NCBI GenBank assembly: GCA_041665145.1
Contig: JBAYJK010000003.1
Coordinates: forward strand, 69,177-133,176
Reading direction: 5' to 3'
Length of the DNA: 64,000 bases
Origin: Patescibacteria group bacterium
Lineage (GTDB): Bacteria; Patescibacteriota; Microgenomatia; UBA1406
How positions within the stretch are numbered: position 1 is the first letter of the stretch; the number at the start of each line of letters is the position of its first letter. Both the position numbers and the translations under genes were made by a program. Shown piece after piece: positions 1 to 9,228 of this stretch. The notes below the pieces were generated by a model. That model saw nothing but the letters and a program-made list of their open reading frames with translations, made no database searches and was not told where the DNA came from.

Positions 1-249
1 AAAGAACAGTTGGTTGGTGTTTTTAGTTTGCACGAGCTTTTACTTGCTAACCAAGATGAATTGATTTTTAAGTTTATGAACCAGAATTTGGTTGAAGTAC
101 TACTCACTACCCCGGTGCATATTGCCATACATAAAATGCTCAAATACCACGTCAGTGCGGTTCCCGTAATAGATAATGAGCGCCGCATGGTCGGGTTGCT
201 CACCATAGACGACGTAAGTGAATATATTGAAAAAAAAATCTTTAAATGA
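1..249 (+). CDS. CBS-domain protein, C-terminal fragment (5' end outside window)
   Basis: Frame 1 is open from base 1. The segment ...HVSAVPVIDNERRMVGLLTIDDV... is a typical CBS-pair pattern. The stop TGA overlaps the next start (ATGA at 246-249). Confidence 0.7.
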   Translation, partial: KEQLVGVFSLHELLLANQDELIFKFMNQNLVEVLLTTPVHIAIHKMLKYHVSAVPVIDNERRMVGLLTIDDVSEYIEKKIFK

Positions 250-1511
250 AAAAACTGCCTTTTTTCTGGACTCTTTTCCGTAGACGTGTAGTCTTATTTT
301 TCATGGTGTTCGGACCGGCAACCATTGCTGCAATGGCAGACAACGATGCCTCGGGGGTAGCAACGTATGCTATCGCTGGTGCGAAGCTCGGATATCCGGT
401 GCTCTTTATACTAGGAATAGTCACTGTGCTTTTGGGAGTCACACAAGAAATGGGAATGAGACTGACTCTGGTAACGCGCAAAGGTCTCGGGGACCATATC
501 CGCGAGCAAAAAGGTGTTCTGTTGGCAGTTTTGTTTTTCGTAGGCTTATTCATTGCAAATATGGGCACTATAATAGTAAATATTGCAGCTTTCAAAACCA
601 CCGCCAGTCTACTTCACTTACCCGCGATACCTTTGGTTGTAATACTGGTGTTGGTTGTCTTTGTTTTTGTAATAAAGGGAGATTATAAGCTAACCCAAAA
701 CATAATGTTGTTGTCTTGTTTTCTCTACTTTGCTTATATTTTTTCGGCGTTTAAGTCGCAGCCAAACTGGTTTGAAGCCGTCTCAAATCTCTTTTTCCCA
801 CACGGCGCTGTTCTTACCGGTGAATACGTCCGGAACTACGCTGTAATTGGTCTCGGGGTTCTGGGTACTACCATAACACCATGGGGACAGTTTTTTATCA
901 GTTCGTTTGCGTATGACAAAAAGATTGATAAAGCTAAACTGAAATATTCGCAATTTGAAACGTATGTCGGTGCCTTTTTGACGGATTTCTTTTCTTTTTT
1001 CATGATTGTGGCTACCGCTGCAACGTTGTTTGTAAATAAAATCCCGTTGGTTTCCGGGGAGCAGGCGGCTATGGCAATTAAACCGTTTGCAGGCAATCTT
1101 GCTGCAATGCTGTTTGCTATTGGCATTATGAATGCCGGTTTTATGGGAGTTGTAGTTGTTTCGCTATCAACAGCGTACACATTTGCCGAATTTTTTGGTT
1201 TGTCCGGAAGTTTAGATACCAGCTTCAAAGAAAGTAAAGGGTTTTACACAATTTTTATTGTGCAGCTGTTGTTGGCTTCGTGTATCGCATTGTTACCGTT
1301 CATTTCACTTTTCAAACTTGCAATCGCTTCTCAAATATTTAACGCAATGCTCATGCCGTTTGTATTCTACTTCCTCATAAAATTTACCGACAGTAAAGAA
1401 CTTATGGGTGAATTTACAAATCACGCATGGCAACGCACCATAGCTATAATCGGATCTGTAACTATATCCATAGTATCAGTTGTCGTTCTCATCTTTTCCA
1501 TCTTCTTTTAG
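246..1511 (+). CDS. Nramp/SLC11-related cation transporter with a non-canonical metal site
   Basis: 421 aa and polytopic. The TM1 motif is D-A-S-G-V-A-T-..-AGAKLGY where canonical Nramp has DPGN-x-AT-..-GxxFGY. The TM6 motif is GTTITPWGQFF where canonical Nramp has GAxxMPHNLYLHS. Confidence 0.8.
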   Translation: MKKLPFFWTLFRRRVVLFFMVFGPATIAAMADNDASGVATYAIAGAKLGYPVLFILGIVTVLLGVTQEMGMRLTLVTRKGLGDHIREQKGVLLAVLFFVGLFIANMGTIIVNIAAFKTTASLLHLPAIPLVVILVLVVFVFVIKGDYKLTQNIMLLSCFLYFAYIFSAFKSQPNWFEAVSNLFFPHGAVLTGEYVRNYAVIGLGVLGTTITPWGQFFISSFAYDKKIDKAKLKYSQFETYVGAFLTDFFSFFMIVATAATLFVNKIPLVSGEQAAMAIKPFAGNLAAMLFAIGIMNAGFMGVVVVSLSTAYTFAEFFGLSGSLDTSFKESKGFYTIFIVQLLLASCIALLPFISLFKLAIASQIFNAMLMPFVFYFLIKFTDSKELMGEFTNHAWQRTIAIIGSVTISIVSVVVLIFSIFF

Positions 1512-2254
1512 ATGACCTCCGCTTGAAATGGCAATGGAAACGCGTTTATTGCGTTTACCCGTGCACTATGTGCGGCAATTCCCACCTTTCTACAATAATG
1601 TTCAAAAGCTGAAAGCTTTTGCGAAGTTGCATGCATACACCCCAGTGTTGCGGGGATATCATCCGTAAATAAGTCAATGGTAGGAACCGGGAAACCCATG
1701 AATATCGGAACCGGTGCAGAATTGACATAAAACGGATCTGAGACGTCAAAACCGAACCGTAAAGCCAACTCTCGGAGTCCCGGGGAAGTTGACCCTGCGA
1801 TTTTGTGCGTACTTGTATTCTGTTGCGATTGGAGTTCTAATTGAGTCGTCAGGAGCAATGTGTCGGTGAGAAGAAGCAGTTCGGTCTCAAGGAGTCGTGC
1901 TCTGTTTTTTGATGGAGTGTCCTCGAAAAAAGGCACAAGGTGAATTGAGAAATATGGTTCATGTGCGTCTACCACATGAATGCGGTTCTCTACCCGTGAC
2001 CTAAATCTCTGAGCATGCGCATATATGGTGCGGGCGAGCACTATCGATCCGGCCGGAAATAGCTCGACTTTTTCAAGACCGTCCGAGTACAGATCATAGT
2101 GGTGTTTGATGGTCATTGTGGTCAGCGTGGAATGAATGCGCATGAGTTCGTCAATCGGAGTCAATTCAAGTCTCCGGCGTAACTTTGCAAGAGCAGCTTT
2201 TGTGTGCGGAAGATGAACTTCGCCCTCCCACAGCAAATCTATTTTGGGTGCCAT
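1508..2254 (-). CDS. hypothetical protein (248 aa)
   Basis: Long ORF with TATAAT (reverse complement of 2261-2266) 6 nt upstream of the ATG at 2254. I recognise no motif. Confidence 0.6.
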   Translation of the reverse strand: MAPKIDLLWEGEVHLPHTKAALAKLRRRLELTPIDELMRIHSTLTTMTIKHHYDLYSDGLEKVELFPAGSIVLARTIYAHAQRFRSRVENRIHVVDAHEPYFSIHLVPFFEDTPSKNRARLLETELLLLTDTLLLTTQLELQSQQNTSTHKIAGSTSPGLRELALRFGFDVSDPFYVNSAPVPIFMGFPVPTIDLFTDDIPATLGCMHATSQKLSAFEHYCRKVGIAAHSARVNAINAFPLPFQAEVI

Positions 2255-2382
2255 GAGTATATTATACTATAGGATTTAGTATTATTCATCTTCGGTACTG
2301 CTCACAAAATAATATTAAAACTCTTGACATTAATTATAAATATTCTATTATTTATCCTAATTATTAATTAAATTACTATAAT

Positions 2383-3816
2383 ATGTCAGATACTTCTCTT
2401 CGAACGTTTCTCGAGATTCCGTATGATGAGCTGGAAGCACGTAACGTCTCGGCACGGAAAGCTGCAATAACGGAAACTCAAGAAGCTTTGGAAAAGGAGT
2501 ATCGTGCGTATCTTACCAAGGAAAAACGGATAAAAGCGGTAACGTTGTGTTTTACTGACATCGAAGGACGTTTTCATATGCTTGACTACGACAAGAAATT
2601 TTTTTTGAGTCACTCCGACAATCTGACTTTCGACGGTTCATCCATACGCGGATTTTCCGTTCTTAAGGAGTCGGATTTACGTTTGGAAATCGATTGGGCG
2701 AGTATACGCTGGTTACCTTCAGATATTTTCGGGCCGGGTAAAGTAGTCATGTTCGCATATGTCCAGAACAGAGACAGGAGTCCCTATTTGTCAGATTTCA
2801 GAAGCCGGCTGCGACTGTATACGGAAGAGTTGAAAAAAAAGCAGGGAGTAACGGCTTTTGCTTCAACAGAGATAGAAGGATTCGTTGTGCGGGGAGTTAA
2901 TGCCGAGCAAATGTATACCGAGGAAAAAGGTTTTGAGTTAATCTCGGGCAGCGGGTACTATCACTCCCTTCCTCTTGATGAGCTGCGTGTTTTTATTGAC
3001 CGCTCAGCGGAAGCACAACGGGCAATGGGATTTCAGAACGAGAAAGACCATCCCGAAGTTGCGCCGGCACAGTTTGAATTGAATTTCACGTTCACCGACG
3101 TTCTGACGCTCGCCGATACGATTCAGCTTTATAAATTGGTGTGTCGTCAGGTCGCAAACAATCTGGGAATGACCGCAACATTTTTACCGAAACCTGTTGC
3201 GGGGATAAACGGCAGCGGAATGCACATAAACTTGTCGTTGGGAAAAAACGGAAAGAATATTTTTTATAAAAAGAATGGAGCCGATGGTTTATCAAATGCC
3301 GCATGGGATGCGGTGAGCAAACTGTTGAATCATGCTCCGGAACTGTGCCTCCTTCTCAACCCGAGCGTTAATGCATATCGGAGACTTGATCCGCATTTCG
3401 AAGCACCGAATCAGATAAAAGTTTCTGCAATCGACCGGGGTTCCATGATCCGTATTCCCGTTGCCGACGAACGGAGTGCGCGGATAGAGATCCGGTCCGT
3501 TGCACCGGATGTAAACCCCTACGTTGCTTTATACAGCATATTGAAGATTATCAACGAAGGAAGCGCGCTGCAAAAGGACGAAGAAAAACGTGATCGGGTA
3601 CGTTTTCTTCCCGGAAATATCTATGATGCTATCCGGCTTTTTAAGGCAAGTGATTTTATGGGAAAAATTCTCGGTGAAGACAATCAGGCAAAGTACGCTG
3701 CCTATAAACAGTCGGCTGCGGACAGAAGTCCGAAAGATCTCGGAACAATTGTCAAGAAGTCCGAAATAATCTACCACCACGAAGTGACGAACCAGATGTT
3801 GTGGAATAGATTTTAA
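2383..3816 (+). CDS. glnA: glutamine synthetase
   Basis: 477 aa. It has the GS signature NGSGMHINLSL, PKPVAGINGSG, and the C-terminal region SARIEIRSVAPDVNPY. A TTGACA (2324-2329) N16 TATTAT promoter lies upstream. Confidence 0.9.
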   Translation: MSDTSLRTFLEIPYDELEARNVSARKAAITETQEALEKEYRAYLTKEKRIKAVTLCFTDIEGRFHMLDYDKKFFLSHSDNLTFDGSSIRGFSVLKESDLRLEIDWASIRWLPSDIFGPGKVVMFAYVQNRDRSPYLSDFRSRLRLYTEELKKKQGVTAFASTEIEGFVVRGVNAEQMYTEEKGFELISGSGYYHSLPLDELRVFIDRSAEAQRAMGFQNEKDHPEVAPAQFELNFTFTDVLTLADTIQLYKLVCRQVANNLGMTATFLPKPVAGINGSGMHINLSLGKNGKNIFYKKNGADGLSNAAWDAVSKLLNHAPELCLLLNPSVNAYRRLDPHFEAPNQIKVSAIDRGSMIRIPVADERSARIEIRSVAPDVNPYVALYSILKIINEGSALQKDEEKRDRVRFLPGNIYDAIRLFKASDFMGKILGEDNQAKYAAYKQSAADRSPKDLGTIVKKSEIIYHHEVTNQMLWNRF

Positions 3817-3828
3817 TAGACTAGTCAC

Positions 3829-3884
3829 GAGTCTAAGAGTCTCAATGTCTGAATGTCTAAATGTCTGAATGTCTAAATGTCTAA
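3829..3884. repeat. 7 tandem 8-nt units (GAGTCTMA x2, ATGTCTRA x5)
   Basis: Read directly from the sequence. It fills the spacer between the convergent glnA and nuclease genes, and the nuclease stop codon lies in the last unit. Confidence 0.9.
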
Positions 3885-4747
3885 AGTATAATACTGGTGT
3901 CTTCGATGCTGGAAGATTTGTTGAGAATATACACGTCGTTATCCATACTGTTGACACCGATGAACTCGGCCTTGTGTTGGAGGATAGCCTCCATCGGCTT
4001 ACAGAAACTGCAACCCGTTTTGTGCGGACATTTAAATAAATTCAGCTTTCGTGCAAGCTTAATTTTTTTGGCAATTTCCAATACGGACGCAAACGATTCT
4101 TCTGCATCTGGTAACCGTTGTTCGGCAAGATCATCGGACCGCTCGATATACCAATAACTTGCCCTCTCTACCTTCCGTTTTTGGCAGTTGGTGACTAACA
4201 GATAGTAGATGGGAAGTTGTAACGATTCCGAATCTTCATCGTGTTTTCCGGTCTTAAAGTCTATAATGTGCACGCTGTCGGTTTCGGGAAAATATTCCAG
4301 CCAATCAATTTTGCCGCACAAAATAATGTTTTCTTCCGGTGAAAGAAAAAAATACGGCAAATCCATGCTTATTTTCACGGCTTTATTTTTCAAGGGCCCC
4401 GGATGTTTTTGCACGCGGGAAAGCATGGCTTCAGCACGATTTTTATACTCGAGTTCTGTTTCTTTGTTAGTAAAGCCACCTTTTTTTCCACTTATTTTCG
4501 ACCATACAAAATCAAGCTTAACGGTTAACGGTTCGGCAAATCGCCGTTCGGAAGGAAGAATAGACAAAGATTCGAGAACTTCATGTACTGCACTTCCGAG
4601 AGCAAGCGGCGGACTCATCAGTTTTATTTTGTGCCCTGTCACCGGATCGCGGTACATATTCTTCAGGTAATACGAACGGGGGCATTTCAAAAAATCGCTG
4701 ATTGAACTGTGTGAAACCCACGTGGCGGAATAACGGTCGGCGATCAT
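3881..4747 (-). CDS. PD-(D/E)XK nuclease, RecB/Cas4-like, with a 4-Cys cluster
   Basis: N-terminal SISDFLKCPRSYY, core GKIDWLEY...HIIDFKTGK (D..D/ExK), and C-terminal CPHKTGCSFC. The four Cys are arranged as in AddB/Cas4 Fe-S nucleases. Confidence 0.75.
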   Translation of the reverse strand: MIADRYSATWVSHSSISDFLKCPRSYYLKNMYRDPVTGHKIKLMSPPLALGSAVHEVLESLSILPSERRFAEPLTVKLDFVWSKISGKKGGFTNKETELEYKNRAEAMLSRVQKHPGPLKNKAVKISMDLPYFFLSPEENIILCGKIDWLEYFPETDSVHIIDFKTGKHDEDSESLQLPIYYLLVTNCQKRKVERASYWYIERSDDLAEQRLPDAEESFASVLEIAKKIKLARKLNLFKCPHKTGCSFCKPMEAILQHKAEFIGVNSMDNDVYILNKSSSIEDTSIIL

Positions 4748-4770
4748 AGGGATATTATAACGTATTCAAT

Positions 4771-4820
4771 TACACAAATGACAAATTCACAAATACACAA
4801 ATTAAATTCAAAATTCAAAT
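4771..4820. repeat. 8-nt-phased A-rich repeat (CACAAATN / ATTCAAAN units)
   Basis: tacacaaa tgacaaat tcacaaat acacaaat taaattca aaattcaa, immediately upstream of the nuclease promoter. Confidence 0.8.
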
Positions 4821-4828
4821 GCTTAATC

Positions 4829-6595
4829 TCAAAAGAGTTCAAACTGTTCAAGAAGTTTTTTGTTTCCCTCAATCTGGTAACGCAATAAATCGGAATAGAT
4901 TCCTTTTCGCGTTGAGAGTTCTTTCGGCTTACCGTAATCTACCACCTGACCGTTGTCGATCACGATGACTTTATCTACGTTTTGGATGGTCGAAAAACGG
5001 TGGGCAATGATAATCACCAACTTATCTTTCATCAGGTGCCTCATGCCTTCCTGCACTTCGTTTTCCGAACGGGAGTCAAGGCTTGAAGTTGCTTCGTCCA
5101 GAATCAGAATCGGAGCATTCTTGTAAGATGCGCGCGCAATCTGAATCCGCTGTTTTTGACCCCCCGACAGGCGCACTCCCCGTTCTCCCACTTCGCTGTC
5201 TATACCCTTCGGGAGTTTCATGACGAAGTCATAGGCATTTGCCTGTTTCAGTGACGCAAGAACTTTCTGTTCGTCATACTCCATGCCGTATGATACATTT
5301 TCTTTTATGGTCGTAGAAAATAATTCGTTCTCCTGAAACACGAGCGCAATGGATTCACGTACTGTCCGGTAATCCAAAGTCGAATACTTTTTTCCTGAGA
5401 GAAGCAGTGTTCCTTTCGTCGGTTCGTACAGCTTCAGTATGAGGTTAACAATGGTTGACTTCCCCACTCCACTGTGGCCGACAAGCGCAACCGATTCCTG
5501 TTTTCCGATGTCAAACGAAATGTTTTTTAACACCATGTCAGACGATTCGTATTTGAAAGAAACATTTTTAAACGCGAGCGTCGGGCTTTTTGACGGCTTA
5601 CCCCGTTGAACTTTTGTGTAATCTTCCGTTGAGGGAAGTTTCATGATCTCGAAAAATTCGCGGGAACCACTTTCGGCCATTTGCACACGGGATAAAATGA
5701 AAGACATCGCAAATAACGGCCGTCTGGCAAGATTGACCATTTCGAGAATGAGTACCATTTCACTGATTGAAAGGTTACCCGAAAACGTGTTGTAGAAAAC
5801 AAGGATGCTGACAATACTCAGTATGACAACGAGACTACCGTTCCGGAAAAAATCAACGGTATGATATACGGCACTTTGATGCGCATATATTTTATTACTT
5901 TCGTCTAACTTCTGAGAAACTGTCCGGGCTTCAGTACTTTCATTGAGAAAGCTTTTTACGAGTTTGATGTTGCTGATAACTTCCTGAATCCGACCGCGGG
6001 TGTAATCTTCAATAACATTCTTTTTCTTCTCTTCTTCCCCCCACCATTTTGCCGAGTAGTAACTGAGGATGAGGTAAATCGGAAATAAAAGCGACATAAA
6101 AAAAGCGATCCACACGTTAAAGTAGGCAATAATCGATATGGTCAGTATGCTCTGCAGAATTGAGGGAAGAATGAAGTTGGTTGCCGTATTCATAAAGTCA
6201 TAAATGGTGCTGATTCCCCTGCTGAGTTGATTGAGGATCTTACCCGAGATTTCCGAATCAAAATAACTCTGCGGAAGCGTAAGTACTTTCGAATAGAACA
6301 TATCTGTCAAAAATTTCCGCAGCTTACCGGCGAAATGATCTCCAAGCCGTTCATTCGCAATACTTATTGTCATGCCGAGAAAACTGGCGGCAAAAGCGAT
6401 GACGATGAGTAAAGATACGGCACCGAGGTTGCCGCTCGAACTTTTTATCTGAAGCACGATCTGATCGATGACAAGTTTTGATAAAAGCGGTGCAATCATT
6501 TCCACCACGCCGCCGACGACGATGAGTAATGCAAGTGCCGCGATGAGATGATATAAGGGTTCTGATATTTGAATAATTTTCGCGATATTTTTCAC
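4829..6595 (-). CDS. ABC exporter, fused permease/ATPase (MsbA-like type I exporter)
   Basis: N-terminal 6-TM domain, Walker A GHSGVGKST, signature LSGGQKQR, Walker B ILILDEATS. Confidence 0.9.
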   Translation of the reverse strand: MKNIAKIIQISEPLYHLIAALALLIVVGGVVEMIAPLLSKLVIDQIVLQIKSSSGNLGAVSLLIVIAFAASFLGMTISIANERLGDHFAGKLRKFLTDMFYSKVLTLPQSYFDSEISGKILNQLSRGISTIYDFMNTATNFILPSILQSILTISIIAYFNVWIAFFMSLLFPIYLILSYYSAKWWGEEEKKKNVIEDYTRGRIQEVISNIKLVKSFLNESTEARTVSQKLDESNKIYAHQSAVYHTVDFFRNGSLVVILSIVSILVFYNTFSGNLSISEMVLILEMVNLARRPLFAMSFILSRVQMAESGSREFFEIMKLPSTEDYTKVQRGKPSKSPTLAFKNVSFKYESSDMVLKNISFDIGKQESVALVGHSGVGKSTIVNLILKLYEPTKGTLLLSGKKYSTLDYRTVRESIALVFQENELFSTTIKENVSYGMEYDEQKVLASLKQANAYDFVMKLPKGIDSEVGERGVRLSGGQKQRIQIARASYKNAPILILDEATSSLDSRSENEVQEGMRHLMKDKLVIIIAHRFSTIQNVDKVIVIDNGQVVDYGKPKELSTRKGIYSDLLRYQIEGNKKLLEQFELF

Positions 6596-7555
6596 TTAGC
6601 CATTATATCTAATTCCGTCGATTTTAGCCCGCTCATTTGTGTAGACAAGCCGTTCAACAAGCTTTTGGATATTATAACGAGGAGCTGGTGTTTCCCGAGC
6701 GATTGTAGCAGTTGGAGGCTTGTTGAATACCGCCACATCATTGCAAATTTTTCCGGCATCAATTATTTGCAATGGTGCGTGTGTCGCAACAAGTTGTGGT
6801 ACTGTTGTCTCTGCCGTTGCGCGGACAGGCAATGTTACCACGGCAATCATATCGGTCCCTAAACCTTTGGCTAATTGCCAGAATGATGCTATTGCAGACG
6901 CGTCCATAAGTTTACGTGCTGTATGACCCTTGAGCAAATGAGCGGCTATATGGTCAATGCCGGACGTAATAAGCGGAGCTATGGCGTATGCTCCCCAAAC
7001 AAATGACATGACGTAGGCAAGTTGGTGATCAGTCATATTCACTGTTTCTAATCCGTACATGACTGCGATACCTGTGCGGATAGTATCGTATAAAAAAGCC
7101 ATCAGTTTAAGTTCCCGAAGTGATAATTTTTCAGCAAGATTGAGCGATTCGGAAATAGTTCTATCCGGAAGTCTTTCGAAGCACGGAATTCTGACGTGTA
7201 TAATCCGTGAGTTCCGGTGCTCCAACCCACACAGCCCTCCGGGAACAACCAGCGTCAATTGCCGCGTTTCTTCGGAATTTTGTTTTTCCGAGAGGTGTGC
7301 AATCGCCGGGATAGTACCGTACGTAGGGACAAGTAAGCCATTGTCCAGAGGTGAATATCTCACTACTGGAAAAGAGACTAAGGAAGCATGCGTGCTGGAG
7401 AGTGTTTCTGCCACATGATGCTCGTTAATACGGGATGCGCCTCCGATTCCCCCAAGTCCATGTAAGGTTAAAATAAGAGCTATTGTATCGAGTGTATCCT
7501 TAGGATATTGCACTTCATGTCTGTTTATTTTGTTCGGAAATTCGCTGCTGGCCAT
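6596..7555 (-). CDS. hypothetical protein (about 320 aa)
   Basis: Its stop abuts the ABC start (6595/6596). I prefer the ATG at 7555 (MASSEFPN...) because TATACT sits 5 nt upstream, and the longer 7732 start overlaps the next ORF. No motif recognised. Confidence 0.55.
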   Translation of the reverse strand: MASSEFPNKINRHEVQYPKDTLDTIALILTLHGLGGIGGASRINEHHVAETLSSTHASLVSFPVVRYSPLDNGLLVPTYGTIPAIAHLSEKQNSEETRQLTLVVPGGLCGLEHRNSRIIHVRIPCFERLPDRTISESLNLAEKLSLRELKLMAFLYDTIRTGIAVMYGLETVNMTDHQLAYVMSFVWGAYAIAPLITSGIDHIAAHLLKGHTARKLMDASAIASFWQLAKGLGTDMIAVVTLPVRATAETTVPQLVATHAPLQIIDAGKICNDVAVFNKPPTATIARETPAPRYNIQKLVERLVYTNERAKIDGIRYNG

Positions 7556-7583
7556 TCGATAGTATAACAAACTATAGGATATC

Positions 7584-7772
7584 TTACAAGTGTTTTGGCC
7601 AGTGAATTTGGGGGACACCGAGTGTCGCAATTGCCATTGAAAGAAGTGCTTCTTTGTATCTTCCTTGGATTCCCAGTTCAGCAGCCGCCGTGATAAAACC
7701 GACAGACCATGCACCGAGAGCAAACGTCTCAATTTTGTCCCTCAGCGACAGTCTGCGTTGTTCATTTGACAT
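7584..7772 (-). CDS. small hydrophobic protein (62 aa)
   Basis: TATAAT (reverse complement of 7778-7783) lies 5 nt upstream of the ATG. The central segment FALGAWSVGFITAAAELGI is hydrophobic. Confidence 0.45.
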   Translation of the reverse strand: MSNEQRRLSLRDKIETFALGAWSVGFITAAAELGIQGRYKEALLSMAIATLGVPQIHWPKHL

Positions 7773-7826
7773 AAGGTATTATATCAAAAACATCGATTTA
7801 GCTTTCAGGACGCCTCATACCTTCAC

Positions 7827-8102
7827 TTAATTTTTTCCTGTTTTAGCCTGACCTTCTGTCATGACGAGTAATTTTCCCAATTCCTCAATAAACTTCATGG
7901 CATGCTCCCGGCTCATGCCGAGACGAGAAACAATCCGTACTTGGTTTGTTGTCCCAAGTCGTTGACAAACATCCAAAACTACTCCGAACTGATTGGTGGA
8001 CATCAGGATACTGTCCGTGTACATGATGGGTGTCGTATCCAAGTTGACGTTTAAATTTACCTGTTCTTGCTTTGCCAGATCAGAGCTCTGTTTTGTCGTC
8101 AT
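7827..8102 (-). CDS. DUF3467-like small protein
   Basis: 91 aa. The pattern MYTDSILMSTNQFGVVLDV...VRIVSRLGMSREHAMKFIEELGKLL matches my recollection of DUF3467. Confidence 0.5.
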   Translation of the reverse strand: MTTKQSSDLAKQEQVNLNVNLDTTPIMYTDSILMSTNQFGVVLDVCQRLGTTNQVRIVSRLGMSREHAMKFIEELGKLLVMTEGQAKTGKN

Positions 8103-8161
8103 GAAAATAATGTAAACTAGTAACTACTGAGGTAATTCTAGCTTATTTCCCAAAAAAAAGT

Positions 8162-9133
8162 CTATTTGGTCCTCTGCGCAAGGGAGAGCGCATCTTCGAA
8201 TCGGGAAAAAGTTTGGGAACGGAATGTTGACCAACCAATGTGTCGGTACGGTTGTGGACCGCTGGTTGACGGTTCAATCTTCTCCATTCTTCGCTCAACA
8301 TAATACTGTTGCGGCGACTCTTTGCTTTTAAACACCAAAACCATGATGACGCGATTATCTGCAGTAAACGACCAATGATATACCGGGATATCCAGAGGGT
8401 CGGTAATTTTATTTGCACCTCTTTCTGCTGTTGATAATGATGTATACGTGCGCGATAGATGCGGAATCAAACGCGGGTTCTGAAGACGTTGAACAAGCGC
8501 ATCATAGTGTGTAAAGCAGTTATCTTCACCCAATTTTCCGGTGCCAACAAGGTGATACAGAATTTTAACTGCAAGCTGGCGATCTTTTAATACTTTTTCA
8601 CTAAACCACACCAGTTTATCCGCAAACTCGACAGCAAAGTCCAGGGTGTGTTTTGCATGACCGGCAATTTCTTTTGACCAAAAATCAATAAATATCAGCG
8701 CGTCTCCTTTTGCTTTTTGATCGGGACACGCATTCAGAATTTCAACCACCCCCCGAGGATAGCCGTAATTTAGCGGGTGACCGAGACCGCGCATGCACTG
8801 GCGTTCATCAAATGGTACGGAATCTTCCTCAAATTTGCCGATCGGCTCAAAAGGAAACCGTTTCTCCGGCCTTTCCATAAGGTCAACAAGTTGAGCATTC
8901 GCCGGTCTCATGTTTTCGAGCAGCCAGCGGTACCAAAAGTTTACGGTCGCGTACCGATTGCGCATTTCCAGTGCGCCTCTTTTTAAAATGAGCTCAAGCG
9001 GTATCGGGCAATTATTTCTTTTAGCCATTTCAAGTGCCTGCTCCTCCGGGGAAAGTGAGAGAAAAAAGTGGTCATCAAGCTCTCCAAGGTGCCCGCTTCC
9101 GCGAATCTCCGCTTCGGTAATTTCAGTTGGCAT
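8162..9133 (-). CDS. hypothetical protein (323 aa)
   Basis: Long ORF with TATAAT 5 nt upstream of the ATG at 9133. No motif recognised. Confidence 0.6.
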   Translation of the reverse strand: MPTEITEAEIRGSGHLGELDDHFFLSLSPEEQALEMAKRNNCPIPLELILKRGALEMRNRYATVNFWYRWLLENMRPANAQLVDLMERPEKRFPFEPIGKFEEDSVPFDERQCMRGLGHPLNYGYPRGVVEILNACPDQKAKGDALIFIDFWSKEIAGHAKHTLDFAVEFADKLVWFSEKVLKDRQLAVKILYHLVGTGKLGEDNCFTHYDALVQRLQNPRLIPHLSRTYTSLSTAERGANKITDPLDIPVYHWSFTADNRVIMVLVFKSKESPQQYYVERRMEKIEPSTSGPQPYRHIGWSTFRSQTFSRFEDALSLAQRTK

Positions 9134-9228
9134 GCTCTATTATAGCACTCTGATAAGCTGAAATGATTTTTTTAATAACCGCTTGCTATTTATGCGAATA
9201 TGCAGTATTTAATATAGGTAATAAATTT

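Noticed and set aside
2377-2385. The TATAAT box directly abutting the glnA ATG, as a leaderless promoter
   Set aside because: Zero spacing is incompatible with initiation at the ATG. The TTGACA-N16-TATTAT promoter about 35 nt upstream is the better candidate, so glnA probably has a short SD-less leader.
3829-3884. A CRISPR array or minisatellite-encoded peptide (ORF 3529-3957 reads through it)
   Set aside because: The units are only 8 nt with no spacers. The 142-aa ORF is antisense to the glnA 3' end and is an artefact of the repeat.
6596-7732. The 378-aa version of the ORF (start at 7732)
   Set aside because: Its first 59 codons overlap the independently promoted 62-aa ORF in another frame. 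The ATG at 7555 has a TATACT box 5 nt upstream, which fits the genome-wide start rule.
8143-8418. The 91-aa ORF overlapping the 3' end of 8162-9133
   Set aside because: It lies on the same strand in a different frame, entirely inside or adjacent to the longer ORF. It has no promoter-like box, and its sequence is basic and of low complexity.
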